Positions 37,454 to 45,491 of a stretch of 64,000 nt of DNA are shown here, one piece after another. Source of the stretch: Acidobacteriota bacterium (GTDB lineage Bacteria; Acidobacteriota; Vicinamibacteria; Vicinamibacterales; UBA8438). The notes under the pieces were generated by a model. That model was not told where the DNA came from and did no database searches. It was given only the letters and a program-made list of their open reading frames with translations. Position 1 is the stretch's first letter, and each line of letters starts with the position of its first letter. A program made the translations under genes and the position numbers. The stretch lies in NCBI GenBank assembly GCA_011523845.1, contig WTFV01000155.1, forward strand, positions 9,386-73,385, read 5' to 3'.

Positions 37454-39562
37454 CTAGTGTACCCGCTTCGGGGTCGCGGGGGCGGTCCAGATGGCGATGT
37501 TGCGCCCCCCGAGCTCGGCCGTCACCACGCGGGTGACCTCCACGCGGGCGTCGTTGAAGCAGGCGCCGTCGCCCAGGTCGGTCAGCTCGTCGGACACGAG
37601 GGCGTTGGCGGTGCATCCGTTCATCGTGTCTCGCCGCCAGAGGCCCTTGGGGAGGCTGACGACGCCGGGCCTCACGTCCGGGTTGACGTTGATTGCGCAG
37701 TGAATCTCGCCCTCGTCGTTGAAGACCCGCGCCACGTCGCCGGTCGACAGGTCGCGCGCCTCGGCGTCGCGCGGGTGAATCTGGAGCCGGACCTGCCGCG
37801 TCCGCAACTCCCCGAGCGTGGAAGAGACGGTCTTGTCGCTGGCGGGGGAGATCAGCGCCAGCGGGTAGCGGTCCGGAGCCGGCTCCGGCCGGAAGCGGTA
37901 GAGACCGAGTGGAGCCGATTGTTCCAGGGCAGCCGGCAGCAGGTCCACCCGGCCGTCCGGGGTTCGGGGAAAGACGTCGACGAACTGCACCGGCGCAGCA
38001 GGCGCGCTGCCGCGGGTGATGCCGCGGCTCAGGAGCTCTTCGCCGGCGTTGTCCGGCAAGGCGCCGGCCACGTGCATCAAGGTGCCGATGTCGCTCTGCA
38101 GTTGCTCGTCGATCTCGATGCCGAGCCGCGCCGCGAGGTCGGCGAAGACCTCCACGTTGGGTCGTGACTCGCCGGCCGGTTCGATCACCGGCTGCACGAG
38201 CTGTACCGCGCCGTGGCCATAGCTGTGGGCCAGATCGTACTGCTCGAGAAACGTCGTGGCGGGCAGGACGACGTCGGCCCAGCGGGCCGTGTCCGTCATC
38301 ACCTGGTCGAAGACCACCGTGAACAGGTCGTCGCGCTCGAGGCCGGCCAGCACGCGATTCTGTGCGGGCAGCGTGGCCAGTGGATTGCAGTTGTAGACGA
38401 TGAGCATCTTGACCGGCGGATCGTCGTACTCGGTCAGCGCGCGGCCGAGCCGATTCATGTTGACGAGGCGCGCGTCCGGCTCGACGGTCTCTATCCAGTC
38501 CTCCTTGGACAGCGGCATCGCTCCCGAGCTGCTCATCGAGTAGCCGCCGCCGCGCACGCCGAACTTGCCGCCGACCGCCGGCAGCGCCAGCACCGCCAGG
38601 GCCGCGTTGCCGCCGTTCCGGTTGCGCTCCAGGCCCCAGCCGCACCGGATGACGGCGGGAGATGTCTCCGCGTACAGCTCCGCCACTTTCTCGAGCAGCT
38701 CGGGATCCACCTCGGCAACGGCGCCGGCGCGCTCGAACGTCCACTCGGCGGCGCGGCGCCGCAGCTCGTCGGCGTTGACCGTCCACTTCGCGAGGAATGC
38801 CTCGTCCGCGAAGCCCTGCTCGAAGAGGAAGCGGTGGATCGCCAGCGCGACGACGACGTCCGTGCCGGGCCGCACCGCCAGGTGGATGTCCGCCCGCCTG
38901 GCGAGCGCCGTACGGCGCGGATCGATGACGACCACCGTGGCGCCGTCGCGCGCCGCCTGCCGCACGTGGGGCACCAGATGGAAGCCGGACGTGGAGGGAT
39001 TGGCCCCCCATATCACGATGAGCCGGGCGTGCCGGTAGTCCTCGTTGGCGACGCCCGCGATGCGGCCGTAGAGCGCGGCGGTCGCGGCGGTGGTGGGCGC
39101 CGCGCAGACGGTGCGCGCGAGGCGTGAGGTCCCGAAGGAACGGAAGAGGCGGGCGTCGGTCGTATCCTGGGACAGCAGGCCGTTCGAGCCCCCGTAGGAC
39201 AGTGGGAGAATCGCCTCGGCGCCGAATTGCCTGCGGATCGCGCGCATGCGGCCGGCGACGGTCTCGAGCGCCTGGTCCCAGCCGATCCGGTTGAAGCTCG
39301 CCTCGCCTTTCGCCCCGCGCCGCGAGCCCGGGTAGAGCAGGCGTTCCTCGCCGTAGACGCGCCGGTCGAAGCGCCGAACCTTGCTGCAGATGAAGCCGTT
39401 GGTGTCGGCCAGGCGAGGCGAATGATCGATCTTCGTGATCCGGCCGCGTTCGAGAGAGATTGCCAGGCTGCAGGTGTCGGGGCAGTCGAGCGGACAGGCG
39501 GTCTCCACTGTCGATCGGCCCCAGGTCAGGTCTTCATCGGCGGGCATTCGAGAGTGTACCAT
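37454..39562 (-). CDS. Molybdopterin (bis-MGD) oxidoreductase family protein
   Basis: 702-aa ORF with the N-terminal 4Fe-4S motif CPLDCPDTCS...FICSK. MopB-type blocks follow (ILPLSYGGSNG, VIWGANP) and a C-terminal beta-barrel domain. The frame is uninterrupted, with no in-frame TGA. Confidence 0.85.
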   Translation of the reverse strand: MVHSRMPADEDLTWGRSTVETACPLDCPDTCSLAISLERGRITKIDHSPRLADTNGFICSKVRRFDRRVYGEERLLYPGSRRGAKGEASFNRIGWDQALETVAGRMRAIRRQFGAEAILPLSYGGSNGLLSQDTTDARLFRSFGTSRLARTVCAAPTTAATAALYGRIAGVANEDYRHARLIVIWGANPSTSGFHLVPHVRQAARDGATVVVIDPRRTALARRADIHLAVRPGTDVVVALAIHRFLFEQGFADEAFLAKWTVNADELRRRAAEWTFERAGAVAEVDPELLEKVAELYAETSPAVIRCGWGLERNRNGGNAALAVLALPAVGGKFGVRGGGYSMSSSGAMPLSKEDWIETVEPDARLVNMNRLGRALTEYDDPPVKMLIVYNCNPLATLPAQNRVLAGLERDDLFTVVFDQVMTDTARWADVVLPATTFLEQYDLAHSYGHGAVQLVQPVIEPAGESRPNVEVFADLAARLGIEIDEQLQSDIGTLMHVAGALPDNAGEELLSRGITRGSAPAAPVQFVDVFPRTPDGRVDLLPAALEQSAPLGLYRFRPEPAPDRYPLALISPASDKTVSSTLGELRTRQVRLQIHPRDAEARDLSTGDVARVFNDEGEIHCAINVNPDVRPGVVSLPKGLWRRDTMNGCTANALVSDELTDLGDGACFNDARVEVTRVVTAELGGRNIAIWTAPATPKRVH

Positions 39563-39588
39563 GGGGTTTCCGGCGGCCGGCGCGCGCC

Positions 39589-40683
39589 ATGTACCTCTTC
39601 CTCGACGAGATCACCCGGCAGGACGACGGCTCTGCGAGACCGGTTCTCGACCGCGTGTCGCTCTACGCGCGGTCGGGTGAGATCGTGTCCGTGGTCGGTC
39701 CGGCGGGCGCCGGCAAGTCGGCCCTGCTCAGGTTCGTGGGCAGGCGCTCGGACGGGCGCGACCGCGTGTTCATGGGCTCGGAAGACCGGCGCGAGCCGGG
39801 TCGGGCGAAGCCGGGGCTCGTCCGGGGATGGCGCTCCGGCAGCCCGGGCGCTGCCTTTCCGCCGCGGTGGCGCACCGAGGAATGGCGCGGGATTCGGATC
39901 CGGCGCTACGCGTTTCCGAACATGGCGCTCGACGGTTCGGACCGGGAGCCGCCCGGCGAATGGTCGGAGGATGCCGACAACGTGCACTTTTCCGTCACGT
40001 CCGGGGACGGGACCGAGCGGCGAATCGGCTGGAAGGGCGCCGCCCCGAACCGGGAGGACCTGCCGGACCTGTTGCTCGTGGACGACCTGAGCGATCACCC
40101 GGCGTTCACCGCGGCCGCCGCCCGTCGCGCCTTCGTGGGGGATCTGCGCGGCTTGCGTTCGCGGCCTGAGCACCGGACCGTGATTTACGCCACTCGCGAC
40201 GGCGACGATGCGCTCGCCGTGTCGGATCGCATCGCCGTGCTCGAACGCGGCCGCATCGTACAGTGCGGGACGCCCGCCGACGTGCACGACCGGCCTGCCA
40301 GCGAACGGGTGGCGCAGCTCTTCGGTCAGCCGCGGATCAACCTGGTGCCGGCCATCCTCGAGAAGGATGGGCAGGCGCTGCTGGTGGGCAACCGGACCGT
40401 ATCGCTCGTGGGCCGCATCGCCGAGGAGTTCTGCCGGGACGTCACCGTCGGCATTCGCCCGCAGCATGCGCGGATCGACCGGGAGGGGCCCGGCTGGCAT
40501 GGCCGTGTGGTCTCCAGGGAGCCGTGCGGCGAACAGTCGCTCGTGACGGTCGCAACCGAGGGCGTGCGCGTGCGGGCGCTGGTCGACGGGGCGTTCGAGC
40601 CGGAGGAACGGGTGGTCGTGCGCATCCTCCCGCGGCACTTCATCGTCTTCGACGATCGCGGCGTCCGTCTGGAACAACGCTAG
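39589..40683 (+). CDS. Degenerate MalK/UgpC-like ABC ATPase with TOBE-like C-terminal domain; no LSGGQ signature recognisable
   Basis: ATG at 39589. Walker A is GPAGAGKS and the Walker B region is LLLVDDLSD (no DE pair). The H-loop position reads ATRD. The C-terminal block is ERVAQLFGQPRINLVP plus a TOBE-like domain. The ~110-aa stretch between Walker A and B is Arg/Gly/Trp-rich and unlike ABC helical domains. Confidence 0.6.
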   Translation: MYLFLDEITRQDDGSARPVLDRVSLYARSGEIVSVVGPAGAGKSALLRFVGRRSDGRDRVFMGSEDRREPGRAKPGLVRGWRSGSPGAAFPPRWRTEEWRGIRIRRYAFPNMALDGSDREPPGEWSEDADNVHFSVTSGDGTERRIGWKGAAPNREDLPDLLLVDDLSDHPAFTAAAARRAFVGDLRGLRSRPEHRTVIYATRDGDDALAVSDRIAVLERGRIVQCGTPADVHDRPASERVAQLFGQPRINLVPAILEKDGQALLVGNRTVSLVGRIAEEFCRDVTVGIRPQHARIDREGPGWHGRVVSREPCGEQSLVTVATEGVRVRALVDGAFEPEERVVVRILPRHFIVFDDRGVRLEQR

Positions 40684-40764
40684 GAGTCTGCGCCGTAGAA
40701 CGGCGTAGACTTCTGGTCAGGCCGGTTGGGCGGCAATCGGAGCCGCAGGCGACGATTGTCGGGC
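40681..40764. repeat. Composite intergenic repeat (family A + family B, inverted orientation), supplying the TAG stop of the ABC-like gene
   Basis: TAGGAGTCTGCGCCGTAGAACGGCGTAGACTTCTGG followed by GCCGGTTGGGCGGCAATCGGAGCCGCAGGCGACGATTGTCGGGC. This is the reverse complement of the 25211-25297 arrangement. Confidence 0.75.
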
Positions 40765-40791
40765 CAGGAGCCCGCAGGTGGACTCCGGGGA

Positions 40792-40865
40792 GCCCGTGGT
40801 GAAACGCCGCGTGGCACCGGGCGCGCCGAGGCGCCCGCGTGGCAGGGCGCGACGAGGGAGCATCC
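40792..40865. repeat. Partial (about half) inverted copy of the family-C element
   Basis: GCCCGTGGTGAAACGCCGCGTGGCACCGGGCGCGCCGAGGCGCCCGCGTGGCAGGGCGCGACGAGGGAGCAT matches the reverse complement of 58565-58640. The sequences then diverge. Confidence 0.6.
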
Positions 40866-40900
40866 CGGTGACAGGCGTGGGGACGCCGGAATACCGGAAC

Positions 40901-42049
40901 GTGTCGGCGAAGCCGGCCGGGCTCGTGCGGCGAATCGGTCCCGGGTCCTGGATTGCGGCCGGCGTCATCGCGGCGGCGCTCGTCGCGGCTCTTGCCCCGA
41001 CCTCCGCTGCGTGGGTCGAGCAGACCTACTCCCGGCAGTGGTACGTGGCCGCGCAGCGCATCCTGACACCGGTTTCGGCCCTGGTCCCGTTCTCGCTGCT
41101 CGACGTCCTGGCGATCGCCGGGCTGCTCGGGCTGGGCATCTGGTGGTGGCGGGGACTGCGCGGGGCAGGGACCGATTGGCGGAGCCGCTCCGCCGTCGCG
41201 GCGCGGCTCATGCTGCACACGGCGGCCGCGGCGGCTGCGCTCTATCTCGTCTTCCTGGCGATGTGGGGCCTCAACTACCGCCGGATGCCGCTGACCGCCA
41301 AGCTCGACTACGATGCGGCGCGGATCTCTCCGGAGGCGCTGGCGTCGCTGGCCGCCGAGTCCGTGGATCGCCTCAACGCGCTGCACGCGCCGGCCGCCGC
41401 CGAACCGTGGCTCTCGTTCGGGGAGCTGCCCGGGCGGTTCGGGCCGGCGTTCGACCGCGTGCAGCGACGCCTCGGAGCGCGCCGCCCGGCGGTGGCCGGT
41501 CGTCCCAAGACGACGCTGCTGACCGCGTACTTCCGGCGCGCCGGGATCGACGGCATGCTGAGCCCCTTCACGCTCGAGGTGCTGGTCAACGGGACCGTGC
41601 TGCCGTTCGAGCGGCCGTTCCTCGTCGCCCACGAGTGGTCGCATCTGGCCGGCTACGCGAACGAGTCGGAGGCCAGCTTCGTCGGTGTCCTCGTCTGTCT
41701 CGCCGGCGACGCCCAGAGCCGCTACAGCGCGTGGCTCTACCTTTCCTCCCAGCTCGTGCGCCATCTGCCGGCGGATGCGCGCGACCGGGTGTGGGCGGGG
41801 CTGGACGGCGGTCCGCGCGCCGATCTGCGGGCGATCGCAGCGCGCCTGCGCGAGGCCGTGCCGGTGGTGCGGCGCGGCGCCAGCCGCGTCTACGACCGTT
41901 ACCTGCGCGCCAACCGGGTCGCCGCCGGCATCGCCAGCTACGGACTGGTGGTCGACCTGCTGCTCGGAACCGACGGCACGCCCACCTGGCGGGGGCTGGC
42001 CGGCCGGATCGACGCATCCGCCGCGCAGCCTCCCGCGCCGCGCCGGTGA
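40901..42049 (+). CDS. DUF3810-family membrane protein with an HExxH-like motif (start uncertain, GTG 40901 or 40925)
   Basis: The frame is that of ORF 40778..42049, but the first ~30 codons lie inside repeat C. TM segments and LVAHEWSHLAGYANESEASFVG fit DUF3810. Confidence 0.65.
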   Translation: MSAKPAGLVRRIGPGSWIAAGVIAAALVAALAPTSAAWVEQTYSRQWYVAAQRILTPVSALVPFSLLDVLAIAGLLGLGIWWWRGLRGAGTDWRSRSAVAARLMLHTAAAAAALYLVFLAMWGLNYRRMPLTAKLDYDAARISPEALASLAAESVDRLNALHAPAAAEPWLSFGELPGRFGPAFDRVQRRLGARRPAVAGRPKTTLLTAYFRRAGIDGMLSPFTLEVLVNGTVLPFERPFLVAHEWSHLAGYANESEASFVGVLVCLAGDAQSRYSAWLYLSSQLVRHLPADARDRVWAGLDGGPRADLRAIAARLREAVPVVRRGASRVYDRYLRANRVAAGIASYGLVVDLLLGTDGTPTWRGLAGRIDASAAQPPAPRR

Positions 42050-42079
42050 TATGATCGCCGCGCGATTTCGGGGAGGACG

Positions 42080-42268
42080 ATGTTCAAGCTGGTGACAACG
42101 GTCAGGGGCGGGGCAGTCAACCTGCCGGCGGCGTCCGCGAAGTACGCGTCGGTGGATGATGCCAGGACCGCGGCGAAGGAGCTCATGCACGAGCATCAGC
42201 GGGTCGTCCGCGTCATGATCGTCGAAGAGCCCTCCTCCCGCTTCGTCGAGTGGTTCGACCGTTCGTAG
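42080..42268 (+). CDS. Hypothetical small protein (62 aa)
   Basis: The ORF has protein-like composition. GGAGGACG precedes the ATG. Confidence 0.4.
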   Translation: MFKLVTTVRGGAVNLPAASAKYASVDDARTAAKELMHEHQRVVRVMIVEEPSSRFVEWFDRS

Positions 42269-42333
42269 TTTCGACACGGCGTCCGCCGCGGATTCTCCTC
42301 GCGATTCGGCAGCCGGACGACGCCCGTCACGGT

Positions 42334-42837
42334 TCAGCGCCGTTCGGGCCGGATGGTGAACCCCGCGCCGAGTCGGACCACCGGGATCGCGAGACCGCGG
42401 CTGCCTCCCCCCTTGAACTCGACGAAGAAGCCTCCTTCATGGACCACGCCGAAGGCGTAGGTCCACGCGCCGCTCACGTCGGTCGCCTCCTCGTCCTGCC
42501 GCCTGGTCGCGAATCGGGCGATGTAGACGCTCGGTCCGAAACCCTGGGACAGCCGCCACCCGGAGTTTCCCAGTTCGATGCGGTACTGGATTTCCGCGCC
42601 GATCGCCGCCGCGCGCAGGCCGCTGCCGAACCCGCCGTCGATGGCCGGGCGCAGGACGAGCTGGTCGGATCCGAGCGGCATCTCGACATGGGTCCCGAGG
42701 TAGACCTGCTCCGGGTTGACGGTCATCCCGCCCTGAAACCCGATGCCCTGGGCGTGAGCCACGGACGTTGCGAGCAGGGTGGTGCAGGCGGTCGCAAGAA
42801 GAAGGCGCAGTTTCAGGCGCGCGCAGGCTGATCGCAT
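42334..42837 (-). CDS. Small outer-membrane beta-barrel protein
   Basis: Signal peptide LLLATACTTLLATSVAHAQG, followed by alternating Gly/aromatic beta-strand pattern. The ATG at 42837 is preferred over the TTG at 42843. Confidence 0.55.
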   Translation of the reverse strand: MRSACARLKLRLLLATACTTLLATSVAHAQGIGFQGGMTVNPEQVYLGTHVEMPLGSDQLVLRPAIDGGFGSGLRAAAIGAEIQYRIELGNSGWRLSQGFGPSVYIARFATRRQDEEATDVSGAWTYAFGVVHEGGFFVEFKGGGSRGLAIPVVRLGAGFTIRPERR

Positions 42838-42919
42838 CTGCAAAGACTACAATTTCGAGTCGAGGACGCGCCGGCGGGCAGTGCTCCGTGTTCGGGGCGC
42901 TATCCGCCGGAACACGACG

Positions 42920-43408
42920 ATGAAGCGGCACCCCGGCCTCGTCCCGCTCTCCCGCGACCACCACCACGGCCTCGTGATGGCCCAGCGTCTCATCCTCGGA
43001 CGGTCCACGAACCCGCGCGCCGACTGGCCGGCCGACCGCGGGCAGCAGGCGGTGCGCCTCATCGATTTCTTCGAGACCGATCTGCGGCCGCACTTCGAGG
43101 CGGAGGAGGCGCACGTCTTCCCGGCCGCGAACAGGAACCTCGCCGACGGCGCCGACCGGACGCGTGCGCTCATCGCCGAACACGAGACCATGCGGGCGAT
43201 GATTCGCGACCTGGCCGCCGATCCGACTGCTGCTCTGGAGGAGCGGCTGACCGCCTTCGGCGAGCTGCTCCGGGCGCACATCCACACGGAGGAGCGGATC
43301 CTCTTCGAGCAGATGCAGGCCGCCTGCGATGAAGAAGTACTGGAAGCGCTGGGCGCCCGTATCGCGGAGCACGGCCGGGACGCCCGCGGGGCGCGCTGCC
43401 GCCTGTGA
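42920..43408 (+). CDS. Hemerythrin-like (HHE cation-binding) domain protein
   Basis: ATG at 42920 in ORF 42779..43408. It contains LSRDHHHGL, HFEAEEAHVFP, EHETMRAMI and HIHTEERILFEQM. A TACAAT box lies at 42847-42852. Confidence 0.7.
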   Translation: MKRHPGLVPLSRDHHHGLVMAQRLILGRSTNPRADWPADRGQQAVRLIDFFETDLRPHFEAEEAHVFPAANRNLADGADRTRALIAEHETMRAMIRDLAADPTAALEERLTAFGELLRAHIHTEERILFEQMQAACDEEVLEALGARIAEHGRDARGARCRL

Positions 43409-43819
43409 CGGCCTGGAGGCGTGGGACGAGCGTCCCGACATCCGCCGCGCCATCGCCGCGGCGACCGCGATCGTGGATGCCGGGGGTACGCACGACCGAA
43501 CGCGAGACGCCGCGGACTTTCTCGTTGCGCAGACGTTTCGTGAGCCGGACGCCGCTCGGCACATGCTCCGCGGGGCGCGTGCCCTCGTCGCTCACGTGCC
43601 GGACTACGAGCGGTGGACGCGCGTCCTGGCGCAGATGGATGCCCGGCGATTCTACGGACCTGCCGGCGAGTCTTCGGCACCGGATCTGGACCGGTTCGCG
43701 GTCGAGGGCATTGCGCCGTGATCGGCAGCCGACCGGCATGGCGGCGTTGCTGGTCGAGAGGTGGCGCGCCCGGCGGACCCACTCGCGATAGCCAGTCAGT
43801 ATTCGGTAGAATGGGGGTG

Positions 43820-43954
43820 ATGGACTACGACGTGATCGGTGCGGCGCTTGCGGTGGTCGGCGTGCTCCTGTGGATCCACCGGGATTTGAAGGCCGATATC
43901 CGGGCGTTGAACATCCGAATCGACAACATCCTGCTGGCTGACCGGAAGACCTGA
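43820..43954 (+). CDS. Possible 44-aa single-TM peptide
   Basis: MDYDVIGAALAVVGVLLWIHRDLKADIRALNIRIDNILLADRKT, preceded by GGGGGTG. Support is weak. Confidence 0.25.
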   Translation: MDYDVIGAALAVVGVLLWIHRDLKADIRALNIRIDNILLADRKT

Positions 43955-44094
43955 ACCGCCACGAGCCGCAACCCCGCCGCGACCGCGTGAACGGGCGGAA
44001 CCGTTCCACGCTTTGCCGCGGATTCCCGTTCCTTCCGGCGCAAAGGGTGCATCAGGTTTTTCGCCCGCGAAAACGGATTCAACCCCGCATGTAG

Positions 44095-44171
44095 TGGCGC
44101 GCCCGGCTGGATTCGAACCAGCGACCCTCGGTTTAGAAGACCGATGCTCTATCCTGCTGAGCTACGGGCGC
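44095..44171 (-). tRNA. tRNA-Arg (anticodon TCT), CCA encoded
   Basis: The reverse complement GCGCCCGTAGCTCAGCAGGATAGAGCATCGGTCTTCTAAACCGAGGGTCGCTGGTTCGAATCCAGCCGGGCGCGCCA folds as a 77-nt cloverleaf. It has a 7-bp acceptor stem, anticodon loop CTTCTAA, and a TTCGAAT T-loop. Confidence 0.9.
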
Positions 44172-44356
44172 TCAGCCTCAAGCGTACAGCAGTCTTGGAG
44201 CCCGGCGTCAACTGCGCCAGCCACCGCGGCGCATTCCCTCGGGAGATCGAACCGGACCCGTCCCCAGCGCGACGACGATCGTCAAGACGCATCGAGCGGG
44301 AGCCTTGACGGGCCGACGGATGGTGATCTCTGCGTGTCGACGACACGTCCCGCGAT

Positions 44357-45379
44357 TCAGAAGCTGATCACCAGCGCCGTCCGGAACACGGCGTCGAGCC
44401 CCGACTTGCGGACCTTCCCGGTACCGAAGTCGAACGCCGTGCCACCGGTCACGACGGTTTCGAACAGCTCGTCACCGCTGCCGGGCGTGCCGTCGGGGTC
44501 GATCAGCATCGCGCGAGCGCGGATGGCGGCATCTTCAAGAGCCGGTCGGTGCTCGTAGAGATGCTGCAGGCTGACGCGCAGCGACAGATGCTCGCTCATC
44601 GCCACACCGACGGCGTTGGTCACGTTCAGCGAGTAGTCGGAAGCCGACAAGAGGTTGACGTTCAGCGCCAGGTCGCTGTCCAACTCGAGCGCCGCGCCGA
44701 GCCGTTGGTGATAGTCGCTGTCCAGACGAAAGCCTGCGAAGCGGTCGTCCTTCGCGGTGTCGGGCTCGATTTCCTCACGAACGGTGTAACTGATCCCGTA
44801 GCCGGTGGAGAACGACAGATCGTCGGTGTTGGCCCAGACGTTGCCGACGCCGCCGAACACGACGTAGCGATTGCGAATGCCGGCGTCGTGATTGCGGTCC
44901 CAACCGGTCCCGGTATTCCAGAAGAACCGCTCGCTGATGTTCCACTCGAGTCGCCCCTCGACGAAGTACTGCTCGACGTCGGGGGCTCCATCCGCATGGG
45001 CTGCGGTCGTCTCGAACTCGTCCGGCAGGTCGCCGGGACGGAAACGCAGCCCCGGCTCGACCAGAAGCACCCGGTCGCCCGCCGTCCGTGCGCGGACGCC
45101 GTCGATCCGCAATCGCGCCCTTGCCCGCGTCCAGTTGCGGCGCAGCGTGTTCTTGAATCCGAACGTCTGAGTCGCCGCATTGCCCTGGGTCCGAACGACG
45201 CTCAATTCCGTCGCGTTCGACCAGCCGGCGTCCGCGCCATCGAGCTCCTGGGCGACACTCCGTTCCGTCGCATCAGGCACCTCGGTGTCGGTCCTCTCGG
45301 GTTCTTGCGCGACGCCGACCGTCGCAACCGTCGTCAGCCATGCCAGTACCGTCAGCGTCGTACGCCAATCCGCTTGCAT
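44357..45379 (-). CDS. DUF481 (YdiY-like) outer-membrane beta-barrel protein
   Basis: ATG at 45379 preceded by AGGAGAGG, with signal LTVLAWLTTVATVGVAQE. ELSVVRTQGNAATQTFGFKN and the C-terminal aromatic VISF fit DUF481. Confidence 0.7.
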   Translation of the reverse strand: MQADWRTTLTVLAWLTTVATVGVAQEPERTDTEVPDATERSVAQELDGADAGWSNATELSVVRTQGNAATQTFGFKNTLRRNWTRARARLRIDGVRARTAGDRVLLVEPGLRFRPGDLPDEFETTAAHADGAPDVEQYFVEGRLEWNISERFFWNTGTGWDRNHDAGIRNRYVVFGGVGNVWANTDDLSFSTGYGISYTVREEIEPDTAKDDRFAGFRLDSDYHQRLGAALELDSDLALNVNLLSASDYSLNVTNAVGVAMSEHLSLRVSLQHLYEHRPALEDAAIRARAMLIDPDGTPGSGDELFETVVTGGTAFDFGTGKVRKSGLDAVFRTALVISF

Positions 45380-45491
45380 CCGCCTCTCCTGCCCGCGCGC
45401 CGCTGTCCGGACCGGCCGGGAACAGGGCACGCCGTGCAACGGGCGCAGAAAGTACCCGACATTCACAACCTGCGCTCCGTCCGAGAGCCGT

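Noticed and set aside
37454-39562. Molybdopterin oxidoreductase as a second selenoprotein (FDH-like UGA)
   Set aside because: The 702-codon frame is uninterrupted, with no in-frame TGA. A Cys or Ser ligand version is assumed.
40778-40900. ATG 40778 as the start of the DUF3810 gene
   Set aside because: The first ~30 codons lie inside the family-C repeat copy and are Arg/Pro/Gly-rich. A start after the repeat (GTG 40901 or 40925) is more plausible.
43329-43721. 130-aa ORF overlapping the 3' end of the hemerythrin gene
   Set aside because: The first ~26 codons overlap the hemerythrin coding region and there is no convincing start after it. The distal part (…DAADFLVAQTFREPDAARHMLRG…) is protein-like and may be a gene remnant, but the evidence is insufficient to call it.
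44095-44171. tRNA-Arg as an integration site of a genomic island or prophage
   Set aside because: There is no integrase, no phage genes and no direct repeat of the tRNA 3' end in the flanking regions. The neighbours are ordinary envelope genes.
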